Source of the DNA: an uncultured bacterium
GTDB taxonomy: Bacteria > Hydrogenedentota > Hydrogenedentia > Hydrogenedentales > JAEUWI01
DNA length: 28,578 nt
Direction of reading: 5' to 3'
Assembly (NCBI GenBank): GCA_963977445.1
Contig: CAXBPH010000067.1
Location: forward strand, 1 to 28,578
Numbering within the stretch: the stretch's first letter is position 1; the number at the start of each line of letters is the position of its first letter. This document shows, one piece after another, positions 8,003-17,183 of this stretch. The position numbers and the translations under genes were made by a program. A model generated the notes under the pieces. The model saw only the letters and a list, made by a program, of their open reading frames with translations, was not told the origin of the DNA and searched no databases.

Positions 8003-10533
8003 ATCAGTCTCAGACAATGTCCGGTGCCAAAACGGGCTGGGAGCGCTATGCCCCGCTGCCCGGTGTCTATGACGAGCTCAAAGCTGCTGACGGCTCCCTG
8101 CGTGCTCCCTGGCAACCCAGCGTGTCCGCCTTCGAGAACCTCGGCGCAGTAGAACTGCAAAACCGATGGGAACAGGGTGAGCGGGAAAACGCCAAGAACG
8201 GCATTACCTACAATCCCCATGATCAGGAACAGGGCCCTTCCCGCCCCTGGGCACTTGACCCGGTCCCGCTTATCCTGGCGGAAGATGAATGGAACGGGAT
8301 TGATGCGGGTATCCGACAGCGGGCCGTCCTCTATGAGCTGGTCCTGCAGGACCTGTATGGCCCCCAGAAATTGCTCCGGGATCGGATACTGCCGCCCAAC
8401 GTGCTCTTTGGCCATCCCCAATACTATCCGGCCTATCACACCATCCATGAGACCGATGCGCCCCGGTTGCAGCTCTATGCGGCCGATCTCGCGCGCTCAC
8501 CGGATGGACGATGGTGGGTATCCGAAAACCGAACCCACGCCCCCTTCGGCTTGGGATATGTCCTCGAAAACCGTGTCATGTCGGCCCGATTTTTCCCGGA
8601 AGCCATGCGCGATGCCCACATTCATCGGGTTGCCCCGTTTTTTTCGGCCCTGCGGGAATCCCTGGCGGAACTCGCCCCCCAGAATCGTGAGAATCCCCAC
8701 ACGGTCCTTTGGTCAATGGGCCCCATGAGCCCAACCTATTTTGAAGACGCCTATCTCGCGCGCTATCTCGGCTACACTCTGGCCGAAGGTGCCGATTTGG
8801 CGGTACGCGGCAATCAGGTCATGTTAAAGACACTGGGCGGACTGCTCCCCGTGGAGGTGCTCTTCCGCAGGCTCCATGACGACGTCTGTGATTCCGTCGA
8901 GTTGCGTCCCAATTCTCCCTACAGCATTCCCGGCCTCCTTGAGGTGATGCGTTCCGGGGGTGTGGGCGTTTCCAACGGTTTGGGCAGTGCCCTGCTCGAA
9001 GCCCCGGTCATTCGTGCCTTCGAGCCTGTCTTGTCCCGCGTACTTCTCGGTGAGGAGCTCATACTCCCCACCGTCGCCACGTGGTGGTGTGGTGATCCCA
9101 AGGCCCTCACCTATGTGCTGGAGAATCTGGACAACCTCCTTATCACCCATGCCTATGAGGGAATCGATACCGTCGATATTCGCCCGTCCCAATTGGAATC
9201 GGAAGCAAAAGAAGAATTTATTCAGCGATTGAAAGCCACGCCCGATATCTTCGTCGCCCAGGAAACGGTGGCACGCTCAAGCACCCCCGTCTGGAACAAC
9301 GGCGCGCCAGAACCATGGCGCCTTGCGTTGCGCAGCTATGCGGTCAAGAGCAAGGATGATTATTGCGTCTTACCCGGTGGGCTCGCCCGTGTCTCCCCCA
9401 ACCCCCTGCGGCTGGATGTGGCCATGACCAGTGGAGACCGAAGCCAGGACGTCTGGGTACGCACGCCGGGCCCCGTAGAGGAAATAACGTTGCTCCAGGC
9501 CCCAGGTGTGGCCATCGGCCTGAAGCGAAGCGGCCGGGACTTACCCAGTCGTGTTTGTGACAATCTATTTTGGCTCGGCCGAACGCTCGAACGTATCGAA
9601 AGCACGGTGCGGCTTCACCGTCTGGCGACCCGCGTTTCCTCGGGTGAGTACGACAGCGATGCCATTGCCTTGTTTCTTTCCCGCGCATTGGCCAGCCGTG
9701 AACTCATGCCGGGCGATCTTCCGGAGAATGTCGCCGCCATCAGACTGCCCGATCTCCAACAGCGCCTGGAGCTCAGTCTGCTGAACCCCGCAAAGTCGAA
9801 TAGCTTACCCAACATGGTGGCCAACGCCATGCGGCTTGCATCTACGGTGCGTGATCGCATCGCCGTAGAGATGTGGCGTTCCGTACAACGCATCAGTCAG
9901 GCCTGCAATGATTTGGAGAAAAACAAGGAACACGGCGACAACCTTCGACTCAGTCAACTGGATGCGCTGCTCTCCGGGCTCAGTGGCTTTGCCGGTCTTT
10001 CGGCAGAGAGCATGACCCGGGCCGATGGATGGCGCTTTCTCGAACTCGGACGGCGCATTGAACGGGCACTACAGAGTTGTCAGCTCATCAACGCCACCAT
10101 GGTCACGCCTTCCGAGGAAGAAACCGTGACCTTGGAATTGTTGCTTGAGATCGCGGATAGCATTATGACGTATCGTGGTCGCTATATGGCGACCCTCCAG
10201 CCCGCGCCCGTTCTCGATCTACTCTTGACCGACGAATCCAACCCCCGTTCGGTCGGCTTCCAGTTGGTATGTCTTACCGAGCATATTGCCATGCTCCCCC
10301 GTGACCAGAACGCGGCCGTACGCTCCATTGATGACCGCCTGACGCTGTCCATGCAAAATACCATGCGTCTGACCGATGTGTACAATCTCTCGGAAGTAAA
10401 TCGAAACGGATCGAGAGAAAAACTCTATCGGATGATGGGTAAGATCGGAAAACAGCTTATCGATCTGTCAGACGCCATTTCTGGCCAGTACCTCGTACAC
10501 GCGGGACTTCCGCGCCACTTCGGGAGCATTTGA
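7999..10533 (+). CDS. circularly permuted type 2 ATP-grasp domain fused to a C-terminal alpha-E domain
   Basis: PWALDPVP, YLARYLG, LKTLGGL, ATWWCG, PGGLARV, and alpha-E motifs FWLGRTLERIE and LGRRIERA. The GTG start overlaps the upstream stop (GTGA). Confidence 0.87.
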   Translation: MNQSQTMSGAKTGWERYAPLPGVYDELKAADGSLRAPWQPSVSAFENLGAVELQNRWEQGERENAKNGITYNPHDQEQGPSRPWALDPVPLILAEDEWNGIDAGIRQRAVLYELVLQDLYGPQKLLRDRILPPNVLFGHPQYYPAYHTIHETDAPRLQLYAADLARSPDGRWWVSENRTHAPFGLGYVLENRVMSARFFPEAMRDAHIHRVAPFFSALRESLAELAPQNRENPHTVLWSMGPMSPTYFEDAYLARYLGYTLAEGADLAVRGNQVMLKTLGGLLPVEVLFRRLHDDVCDSVELRPNSPYSIPGLLEVMRSGGVGVSNGLGSALLEAPVIRAFEPVLSRVLLGEELILPTVATWWCGDPKALTYVLENLDNLLITHAYEGIDTVDIRPSQLESEAKEEFIQRLKATPDIFVAQETVARSSTPVWNNGAPEPWRLALRSYAVKSKDDYCVLPGGLARVSPNPLRLDVAMTSGDRSQDVWVRTPGPVEEITLLQAPGVAIGLKRSGRDLPSRVCDNLFWLGRTLERIESTVRLHRLATRVSSGEYDSDAIALFLSRALASRELMPGDLPENVAAIRLPDLQQRLELSLLNPAKSNSLPNMVANAMRLASTVRDRIAVEMWRSVQRISQACNDLEKNKEHGDNLRLSQLDALLSGLSGFAGLSAESMTRADGWRFLELGRRIERALQSCQLINATMVTPSEEETVTLELLLEIADSIMTYRGRYMATLQPAPVLDLLLTDESNPRSVGFQLVCLTEHIAMLPRDQNAAVRSIDDRLTLSMQNTMRLTDVYNLSEVNRNGSREKLYRMMGKIGKQLIDLSDAISGQYLVHAGLPRHFGSI

Positions 10534-10542
10534 GCCCCTGCA

Positions 10543-11433
10543 ATGAAATATAAAATCGTACATACAACCAATTACGCCTATTCCGCGCCGGTCAGCGTGT
10601 GCCACAATCTGCTCATACTTACCCCAAGGGAAGGCGGTCGGATTAGCTGCACGGGCCATCGCCTGGTCATCCGGCCGACGCCCGTCGCAACGGTTCGCCG
10701 CACGGATTATTTCGGCAACTACGTGCATACCTTTTCCCTTGAAGAGCAACATCGCAGTCTCACCGTCACGTCCACCAGTCGGGTCGTGGTAAAGAAGGAC
10801 GATCGACTCGCCATGGGCAATGGGCCCCCATGGGAAGCATTGCGCGACGCGGTGCAGACCCAATCGGACAGGAACTGGCTGGAATGTGCCCCATTTCGCT
10901 TCAATTCCCCCCGGGTCTTCACCGCACCAGAATATAAAGCATATGCGCTGGCAAGTTTTTCTCCCGGTATGCCTGTGGTCGACGGACTATTGAAACTAAC
11001 CGCCCGCATTCACGCCGAGTTTGCCTACGACTCTCGGGCCACCAACGTAAAAACCCCGACCAGCGAAGTATTCGAACATCGCCGGGGCGTCTGTCAGGAC
11101 TTTGCCCACGTGCAGCTTTCCTGCATCCGGTCACTGGGACTACCCTGTCGCTACGTCAGCGGCTACTTGCGCACGCGCCCCCCTGAAGGGCAAAAGAAGC
11201 TCGTCGGTGCCGACCAATCCCACGCCTGGATTTCTGCTTACTGTGGCGAAGAGCTCGGTTGGATTGAATTTGACCCGACCAACGACTGCGTTGCGGGGAT
11301 GGATCACATTCCCATCGCCTGGGGCCGGGACTACAGCGACGTGGTTCCATTCCGGGGAGCTTTCATCGGCGGCGGCAAGCATACCTTGAATGTTTCCGTT
11401 GATGTTCGGGAGCACCCCGAGGACAACATTTGA
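10543..11433 (+). CDS. transglutaminase-like protein (bacterial TGase N-terminal domain plus catalytic core)
   Basis: HTTNYAY, DYFGN, catalytic triad in GVCQDFAH / SHAW / FDPTN, plus RYVSGY and GRDYSDV. Confidence 0.9.
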   Translation: MKYKIVHTTNYAYSAPVSVCHNLLILTPREGGRISCTGHRLVIRPTPVATVRRTDYFGNYVHTFSLEEQHRSLTVTSTSRVVVKKDDRLAMGNGPPWEALRDAVQTQSDRNWLECAPFRFNSPRVFTAPEYKAYALASFSPGMPVVDGLLKLTARIHAEFAYDSRATNVKTPTSEVFEHRRGVCQDFAHVQLSCIRSLGLPCRYVSGYLRTRPPEGQKKLVGADQSHAWISAYCGEELGWIEFDPTNDCVAGMDHIPIAWGRDYSDVVPFRGAFIGGGKHTLNVSVDVREHPEDNI

Positions 11434-11497
11434 ATAGCATACGACCACTCAGATAAAGTGGATATAGTTTTAAAGCCAAACCCGATGGGCGAACGAC

Positions 11498-12940
11498 ATG
11501 AGCTGGACGACCTATGAGACGAACGGATTCTACGACGAACTGTTTGAGGCGGACGGTACTCCCCGACCTTCAGCACGACCTTTACTCGAGCGTATACAAT
11601 CCCTGAATGAACGAGAGATCTCCCGGCGCCAGAAGGCTGCCGAAGGGGCGCTCCGTGAAACAGGAATCACCTTCACAGTCTACGGTGAGCGCAAGGGAAC
11701 CGAACGTATTTTTCCCTTCGACATCATCCCCCGAATCGTGGAAGCGGATGATTGGGCCATCATCGAAGCGGGCCTGATACAGCGCATCGAAGCCCTCAAT
11801 CTATTTATCGACGATATTTATCACGATCAGAAAATCATCAAGGATGGCATTATCCCCGCCGAGCTGGTTCTCGACGGCGGCACCTACCGCCCCGAGTGCG
11901 CGGGACTTAATCCGCCCCGTGGTGTCTGGTGTCATATTACGGGTACCGACCTCATTCGTCATTCCGATGGCAAGGTCTATGTGCTGGAAGACAACCTCCG
12001 TTGCCCTTCGGGCGTTTCCTACGTGTTGGAAAATCGACAGATCTTGAAACGCACCTTTCCGTTCGTATTCGGTGCCCTCCCGATTCGCCCCGTCGATGAT
12101 TATCCCAACTTGCTCCAGGACATGCTCATCGGTCTGGCCCCGGCCAACGTCACCAATCCGACCACCGTGATCCTCAGCCCCGGAATCTACAATTCCGCCT
12201 ACTTTGAACACTCCTTCCTTTCCAAGCAGATGGGCATCGAGTTGGTTGAAGGAAGTGACCTCGTTATCGAAGATGGCTTTGTTCACATGCGCACCACCAA
12301 CGGCCTGAAACGGGTAGACGTCATCTATCGGCGTATCGATGATGACTTCCTGGACCCGAAGTGCTTCCGACCGGATTCCGTGTTGGGCGTTCCCGGCCTT
12401 ATGGACGTCTACCGCAATGGTCGGGTCGCTCTGGCCAACGCGCCGGGCACCGGCATAGCGGACGACAAAGCCATCTATGCCTACGTTCCGGAAATCATCA
12501 AGTATTATCTGGATCAGGATGCCATCCTGCCCAACGTGCCCACCTTTATCTGCGCCCGCCCCGACGAGTGCGAACACGTGCTGAATAACCTCGAAACGAT
12601 GGTGGTCAAAGCCGTCAACGAGTCGGGCGGTTATGGCATGCTGGTGGGACCGGCATCCACGGCGGCGGAACGAGCAGATTTTGCAGAAAAGATTAAGGCA
12701 CGGCCCCGCAACTACATCGGCCAGCCCACCATGGCCCTTTCCCGGGTTCCCACGTTAATCAACGGTGAACTGAAGGGACGGCATGTTGACCTGCGCCCTT
12801 ATGTCCTTTATGGCGAATCCATTCAGGTTATACCCGGGGGCTTGACCCGGGTGGCCCTGAAAGAAGGCTCCCTCGTGGTTAACTCGTCGCAAGGCGGGGG
12901 CAGCAAAGACACCTGGGTTTTGGAATCCAAGAACACGTAA
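11498..12940 (+). CDS. circularly permuted type 2 ATP-grasp protein
   Basis: [64 protein letters not shown] and [13 protein letters not shown]. Confidence 0.92.
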   Translation: MSWTTYETNGFYDELFEADGTPRPSARPLLERIQSLNEREISRRQKAAEGALRETGITFTVYGERKGTERIFPFDIIPRIVEADDWAIIEAGLIQRIEALNLFIDDIYHDQKIIKDGIIPAELVLDGGTYRPECAGLNPPRGVWCHITGTDLIRHSDGKVYVLEDNLRCPSGVSYVLENRQILKRTFPFVFGALPIRPVDDYPNLLQDMLIGLAPANVTNPTTVILSPGIYNSAYFEHSFLSKQMGIELVEGSDLVIEDGFVHMRTTNGLKRVDVIYRRIDDDFLDPKCFRPDSVLGVPGLMDVYRNGRVALANAPGTGIADDKAIYAYVPEIIKYYLDQDAILPNVPTFICARPDECEHVLNNLETMVVKAVNESGGYGMLVGPASTAAERADFAEKIKARPRNYIGQPTMALSRVPTLINGELKGRHVDLRPYVLYGESIQVIPGGLTRVALKEGSLVVNSSQGGGSKDTWVLESKNT

Positions 12941-12987
12941 CAATATGAACCGCGTCAAAAACGCATCACGCAGGAAAGACGGGTAAC

Positions 12988-13938
12988 GTGTTAAGCCGAG
13001 TCGCTAAAAATCTATATTGGATGAGCCGCAATATCGAGCGCGCTGATAATATCGCCCGTTTTGTCGACGTCAATCTCCATCTCCTTATGGACCTCCCCGT
13101 GGAGGAAATCAATCAGTGGGAATCCCTCATCGCCATCACGGGCGATAAAGAACTATTCGACAAGCGCTACGGTGCCGCCACAAGTGAAAATGTCATCGAG
13201 TTTCTCACCTTCGACAAGGAATATCACAACTCCCTCTACTGTTGCCTCCAGAATGCCCGGGAAAACGCCCGTACCGTTCGCGAAGGCATCTCTTCGGAGT
13301 TGTGGCGAAAAATCAATGAGATGTACCTCGATCTCGGTGCACCCGGCATGAAGCGAAAGGCCCAGGCGGAACCCAATCGCTTTTACAGCAGCATCAAAGA
13401 TGGCTGCACGCTCCTGCAGGGTCTCAGTGAAGGCACCATGACCCACGGAGAAGCCTGGCACTTCATGCGGCTGGGACAGGCCATGGAACGGGCCGACAAG
13501 ACCTCACGTATCCTGGATGTAAAATACTTTATCCTTCTGCCCGATGCCGGCTATGTAAACACCCCCTACGACAATATTCAGTGGGCCGCCGTATTGAAAT
13601 CGGTGAGTGCCCTGGAAATGTTTCGTCTTGAGTATCGGCGTATTGCCCCCCGCTCTGTGGCGGAATTCCTACTCCTCAATCAAGGCTTTCCACGGGCCTT
13701 CCGCTTTTGTATTGCCCGCGCCGAGCGTTGCCTCCACGAAATTTCCGGCTCGGCCGATGGCAACTACGCCAACCCCGCTGAACGCTGTCTCGGACGACTT
13801 TCTTCCGTGCTTTCCTACACCGACATCGATGAGATACTGGCTCAGGGCCTCCACGAATATATCGACGGCCTCCAGCTCCAGTTGAACACGGCAGGTGCCG
13901 CCATCGGAGAGACCTTCTTCGGCCATCGGCCCCGGTAG
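12988..13938 (+). CDS. alpha-E domain protein (DUF403-type)
   Basis: MLSRVA..LYWMSRNIERAD, ARENARTVRE, LGQAMERADKTSRILDVKY and FPRA. GTG start, directly after the ATP-grasp gene as is typical for this family. Confidence 0.9.
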   Translation: MLSRVAKNLYWMSRNIERADNIARFVDVNLHLLMDLPVEEINQWESLIAITGDKELFDKRYGAATSENVIEFLTFDKEYHNSLYCCLQNARENARTVREGISSELWRKINEMYLDLGAPGMKRKAQAEPNRFYSSIKDGCTLLQGLSEGTMTHGEAWHFMRLGQAMERADKTSRILDVKYFILLPDAGYVNTPYDNIQWAAVLKSVSALEMFRLEYRRIAPRSVAEFLLLNQGFPRAFRFCIARAERCLHEISGSADGNYANPAERCLGRLSSVLSYTDIDEILAQGLHEYIDGLQLQLNTAGAAIGETFFGHRPR

Positions 13939-13986
13939 CGATCTAACGGAATCACTGGGGCCTGGCGCTGTCTTTGACATGGTGTC

Positions 13987-14089
13987 GGCGGGCCGCCCGG
14001 CGCTCCAGAGGTGGGTGGACCGCATGCGCAGGCCGAAGACTGATTGCTCTTACGTCTTCGACGTAATGCAGGCGGGCCGCATGCGCTCC
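13987..14089. repeat. degenerate REP-like palindromic cluster
   Basis: Related units GGCGGGCCGCCCGGCGCTCC (13987-14006) and GGCGGGCCGCATGCGCTCC (14071-14089). Inverted pair GGACCGCATGCG (14017-14028) / CGCATGCGCTCC (14078-14089). Perfect hairpin TTACGTC-TTC-GACGTAA (14050-14066). Confidence 0.4.
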
Positions 14090-14298
14090 CAATTGTCAAA
14101 TGCTTTTGTAAGCGATAGTAGCCAAGCCGTCGATGCTCCCGGAATTATCACCGGGCCGTCCGTGTAGACTCCGATGCCTTCGCGAGAAAACCGCTCCAGC
14201 ACTTCGCACCTTCACCACCATCTGCGCTATAGTCTGGCTATTGGTCAATCGCAACAATCTACAGCGGAAAACACATTCAATCGGAGCCTCCTCATCCT

Positions 14299-15762
14299 AT
14301 GGACAGCATGCTCAGCCCCCGTTTCCACTTACGCTACGTGGCCGTCTGGTTACTCCTTGCCACCACGTCCTTTGCGCAGGACCGTCCCAACATCGTTTTG
14401 ATTATGGCCGATGACCTCGGCGGGCGGGACTTGCCCGTCTATGGCAACCGCTTCAACGAGGCCCCCCATATCGACCAGTTGGCCCGCGAGGGCATGACCT
14501 TCCGCAATGCCTATGCCGCCCCGGTCTGTTCCGCCACGCGGGCGAGTATCCAGGCGGGCCAGTATCCTGCGCGCGTTGGAATCTTCGATTTTATCCCCGG
14601 CCACTGGCGCCCCTACGAAGAAGTCATCGTTCCCCATCATGACGTGCAGCACCTGCCCGACCGCATTCATACCATCGGGGAGGCCATGCAGGATGCGGGG
14701 TACACGACCGGTTATTTCGGTAAGTGGCATCTGGGCAACGCCTCCGAGCACCAGCCGGGAGCCCGGGGTTACGACGATGCCTATATGTATCGTGGCGGTG
14801 GCTTCTATAACCCCAAGTTTGCGCCCGACTTCGATACCCCCGATGATAAACGGCTCAGCACGGTACTCACCGATATGGGCGTTGATTTCATGAAGGAACA
14901 CCAGAAGGAACCCTTTTTCCTTTTTGTTTCCCATTATGATGTCCACGTGCAGTTGGATGGTGATCGGGATCTGATTGACAAATACCTGAAAAAGAATCGG
15001 GATCCCGACTACCCGGGCAATGCCGTATACGCGGCGATGATTGAGCACGTGGATCAGAGTGTCGGAACCCTTATGCAGACGGTGGAAGACCTGGGTCTGT
15101 CGGACAACACGGTATTCATTTTTTACTCGGATAATGGCGGCGTCGATAACCGCTACGACAATATTCCCCTCCTGGGCGGGAAGAGCCAGGATGTCTATCC
15201 CGAGGACCATCCCCTGCGCTACATCGCCACCTCCAACGCGCCCCTTCGGGCAGGAAAAGGAACTCTCTACGAAGGGGGCGTTCGCGTGCCCCTCATCGTG
15301 CGCTGGCCCGGCAAGGTGTCCACGGGCACCACGTCAGAAGCCATCGTCTCCAGTGTAGATTTCTACCCGACGTTGCTCGCACTGGCGAAAGGCACCGCGC
15401 CAGAGAATCAGGTGCTCGATGGCTTCTCCATGCTCCCGGCGCTGCTGGAAAACAAATTCGATCCCGAACGCGAAGTTTTCACCCACTATCCGGTATACCA
15501 CCACGAACAACCCATGTCCGCCCTGCGAAAGGGTGATTGGAAAATAGTGGAAAACCTGGTCACTGGCAACGTGGAGCTCTACAACCTCAGTTTTGACGTC
15601 AACGAGATGACGGACCTGAAGTTCAGTTATCCGGAAAAAGCCGACGAAATGAAAACGGCCCTGGCGGGCTGGCAAGAGAACACCGGTGGAAAACGGCCCG
15701 TTCCCAATCCCGAGTTTGACCCGGCACGACGCCATGAATGGGGTACGAATCCCTATCGGTAG
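14299..15762 (+). CDS. secreted formylglycine-dependent (S1 family) sulfatase
   Basis: Signal-peptide-like N-terminus ending SFA-QD, then RPNIVLIMADDLG, signature CSATRASIQAG, GYTTGYFGKWHLG, SDNGG and GKGTLYEGGVRVP. The start may be 14299 or 14308. Confidence 0.92.
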   Translation: MDSMLSPRFHLRYVAVWLLLATTSFAQDRPNIVLIMADDLGGRDLPVYGNRFNEAPHIDQLAREGMTFRNAYAAPVCSATRASIQAGQYPARVGIFDFIPGHWRPYEEVIVPHHDVQHLPDRIHTIGEAMQDAGYTTGYFGKWHLGNASEHQPGARGYDDAYMYRGGGFYNPKFAPDFDTPDDKRLSTVLTDMGVDFMKEHQKEPFFLFVSHYDVHVQLDGDRDLIDKYLKKNRDPDYPGNAVYAAMIEHVDQSVGTLMQTVEDLGLSDNTVFIFYSDNGGVDNRYDNIPLLGGKSQDVYPEDHPLRYIATSNAPLRAGKGTLYEGGVRVPLIVRWPGKVSTGTTSEAIVSSVDFYPTLLALAKGTAPENQVLDGFSMLPALLENKFDPEREVFTHYPVYHHEQPMSALRKGDWKIVENLVTGNVELYNLSFDVNEMTDLKFSYPEKADEMKTALAGWQENTGGKRPVPNPEFDPARRHEWGTNPYR

Positions 15763-15830
15763 AAAGATCGTGTACAACCATAACCACCCGCGCAAATACC
15801 TTAGCCATCCCCAGAGAGCCAGAACCTATT

Positions 15831-16661
15831 ATGAGCCTTTTCGTTTCCCTCCAAAAACTGTTGCCCCAACACCTGCTTTCTCGCTGTGTCGGCGCCATCG
15901 CAGCCTCGGAACAACCCTGGATTCGCGTTCCTTTTATCCGTGCGTTTGCCAGGACCTACGGGGTGAACATGGAAGAGGCAGAACGTACCGACCTAAGCGA
16001 CTATCGCTCCTTTAACGACTTTTTTACCCGCAGCCTTACTCCGTCGGCCCGCCCCATTGCGGAAGGCGCTCCTATACTCGCGTGCCCCGCCGATGGTGCC
16101 GTGAGCCAGTCCGGTATTATTCAAAATGGCGAGCTACTGCAAGCGAAGGGTATCCGCTACTCTTTCGGGGCCCTCGCCGATGCCTGTGCTGGACCCGCGT
16201 TCGAAGGCGGGTCGTTCCTGACGGTGTACCTGTCGCCGAAAGACTACCACCGGGTACATCTCCCCGCAACTGGGCGGCTCATTCGCACGATAGCCATACC
16301 CGGCGCACTCTTCTCCGTCAACGGCGCGACGGAGGGGGAAATAGAGGGCCTCTTCGCCCGAAATGAGCGACTGGTGGCGGAATTCGAGACGGATTTCGGC
16401 AAGATGCTCGTTATTCTGGTGGGGGCCTTGATCGTGGCCAGCATCGAAACCGTGTGGGACGGTCCCCCTTCTCCCTACCGCGCAACGTCCATCTCCAAAC
16501 ACGACGTGCCGCTGGAAAAGGGCGCGGAAATGGGACGTTTCCTTCTGGGGAGCACGGTCATTCTGGCCTTTGAGAAGGGCGCGGTCACGTTGGACCCCAA
16601 GCTCGAACCCGGTACCACGGTGCGCATGGGCCAGGCAATCGGCGTGATTTGCCAAGAATAG
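15831..16661 (+). CDS. psd: phosphatidylserine decarboxylase proenzyme
   Basis: SFNDFFTR, PADG, YLSPKDYHRVH, LFARNER, VGALIVASI and the self-cleavage motif GRFLLGST. ATG 15831 is preferred because the longer ORF overlaps the sulfatase. Confidence 0.92.
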   Translation: MSLFVSLQKLLPQHLLSRCVGAIAASEQPWIRVPFIRAFARTYGVNMEEAERTDLSDYRSFNDFFTRSLTPSARPIAEGAPILACPADGAVSQSGIIQNGELLQAKGIRYSFGALADACAGPAFEGGSFLTVYLSPKDYHRVHLPATGRLIRTIAIPGALFSVNGATEGEIEGLFARNERLVAEFETDFGKMLVILVGALIVASIETVWDGPPSPYRATSISKHDVPLEKGAEMGRFLLGSTVILAFEKGAVTLDPKLEPGTTVRMGQAIGVICQE

Positions 16662-16745
16662 TGGTTCTTCGTCGATTTACGGGAAATGTCCGTGCTTGAC
16701 GCTGCTCCCGAGCCTGTTCCCGGCCACGGAAAAGCGCTGTTAAAT

Positions 16746-17015
16746 CGACCCGGAGGGCCAGCGCAGCATAGCTCAGGGCAGCGCCCTGAGACCCCGTGGT
16801 CAGCTCCTATCCAGTAGCCCTTAAAGGGCGACGCAGGAAGGTGATTGCGACGGTGGACGCTCTCTCAGATGAAATGGCGTGGTACGCCTTCGTTTTCCGC
16901 TGCGCCGTTCCGCGTGACGAATCAGGCTGTGCCGCCCTTTCAGGGCTTTTACTGTTGACGGTTCCGTATTCCCTGGGCGTTGCCCAGGGCTATGCTGCGT
17001 TGCCCCTTCGGGGCG
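16746..17015. repeat. nested inverted-repeat element (REPIN/MITE-like, non-autonomous)
   Basis: Outer arms 16746-16790 and 16971-17015 match 36/45 as inverted repeats. Inner arms 16816-16836 and 16927-16947 match 18/21. Each arm contains its own short palindrome. Confidence 0.75.
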
Positions 17016-17063
17016 TGCGAGCCGTCCCTTGGGTAAGTCAACGTACTGGGCGCTGAGTATCTA

Positions 17064-17183
17064 TCAAACCATTCCCCAAAATCGACGAAGAGCCGGCATA
17101 GTGGCAGCACGGACGTACGCATCCAATTCGCCCGACTCATCAAGTTCTCTGAGCAGTCGTTCTTCAATTTCCAGTGTATCCAT
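17064..17183 (-). CDS. putative 39-aa small protein MDTLEIEERLLRELDESGELDAYVRAATMPALRRFWGMV
   Basis: AGGAG RBS 7 nt upstream of the ATG, double stop TGA-TAG, amphipathic-helix-like sequence, wholly intergenic. It is below the apparent size cutoff of the ORF track. Confidence 0.45.
   Translation of the reverse strand: MDTLEIEERLLRELDESGELDAYVRAATMPALRRFWGMV

Noticed and set aside
15738..15830. N-terminal extensions given by the ORF track for psd, and likewise for menF, menA, menC and uxaC
   Set aside because: Family similarity, RBS position or stop/start overlap favour the downstream starts.
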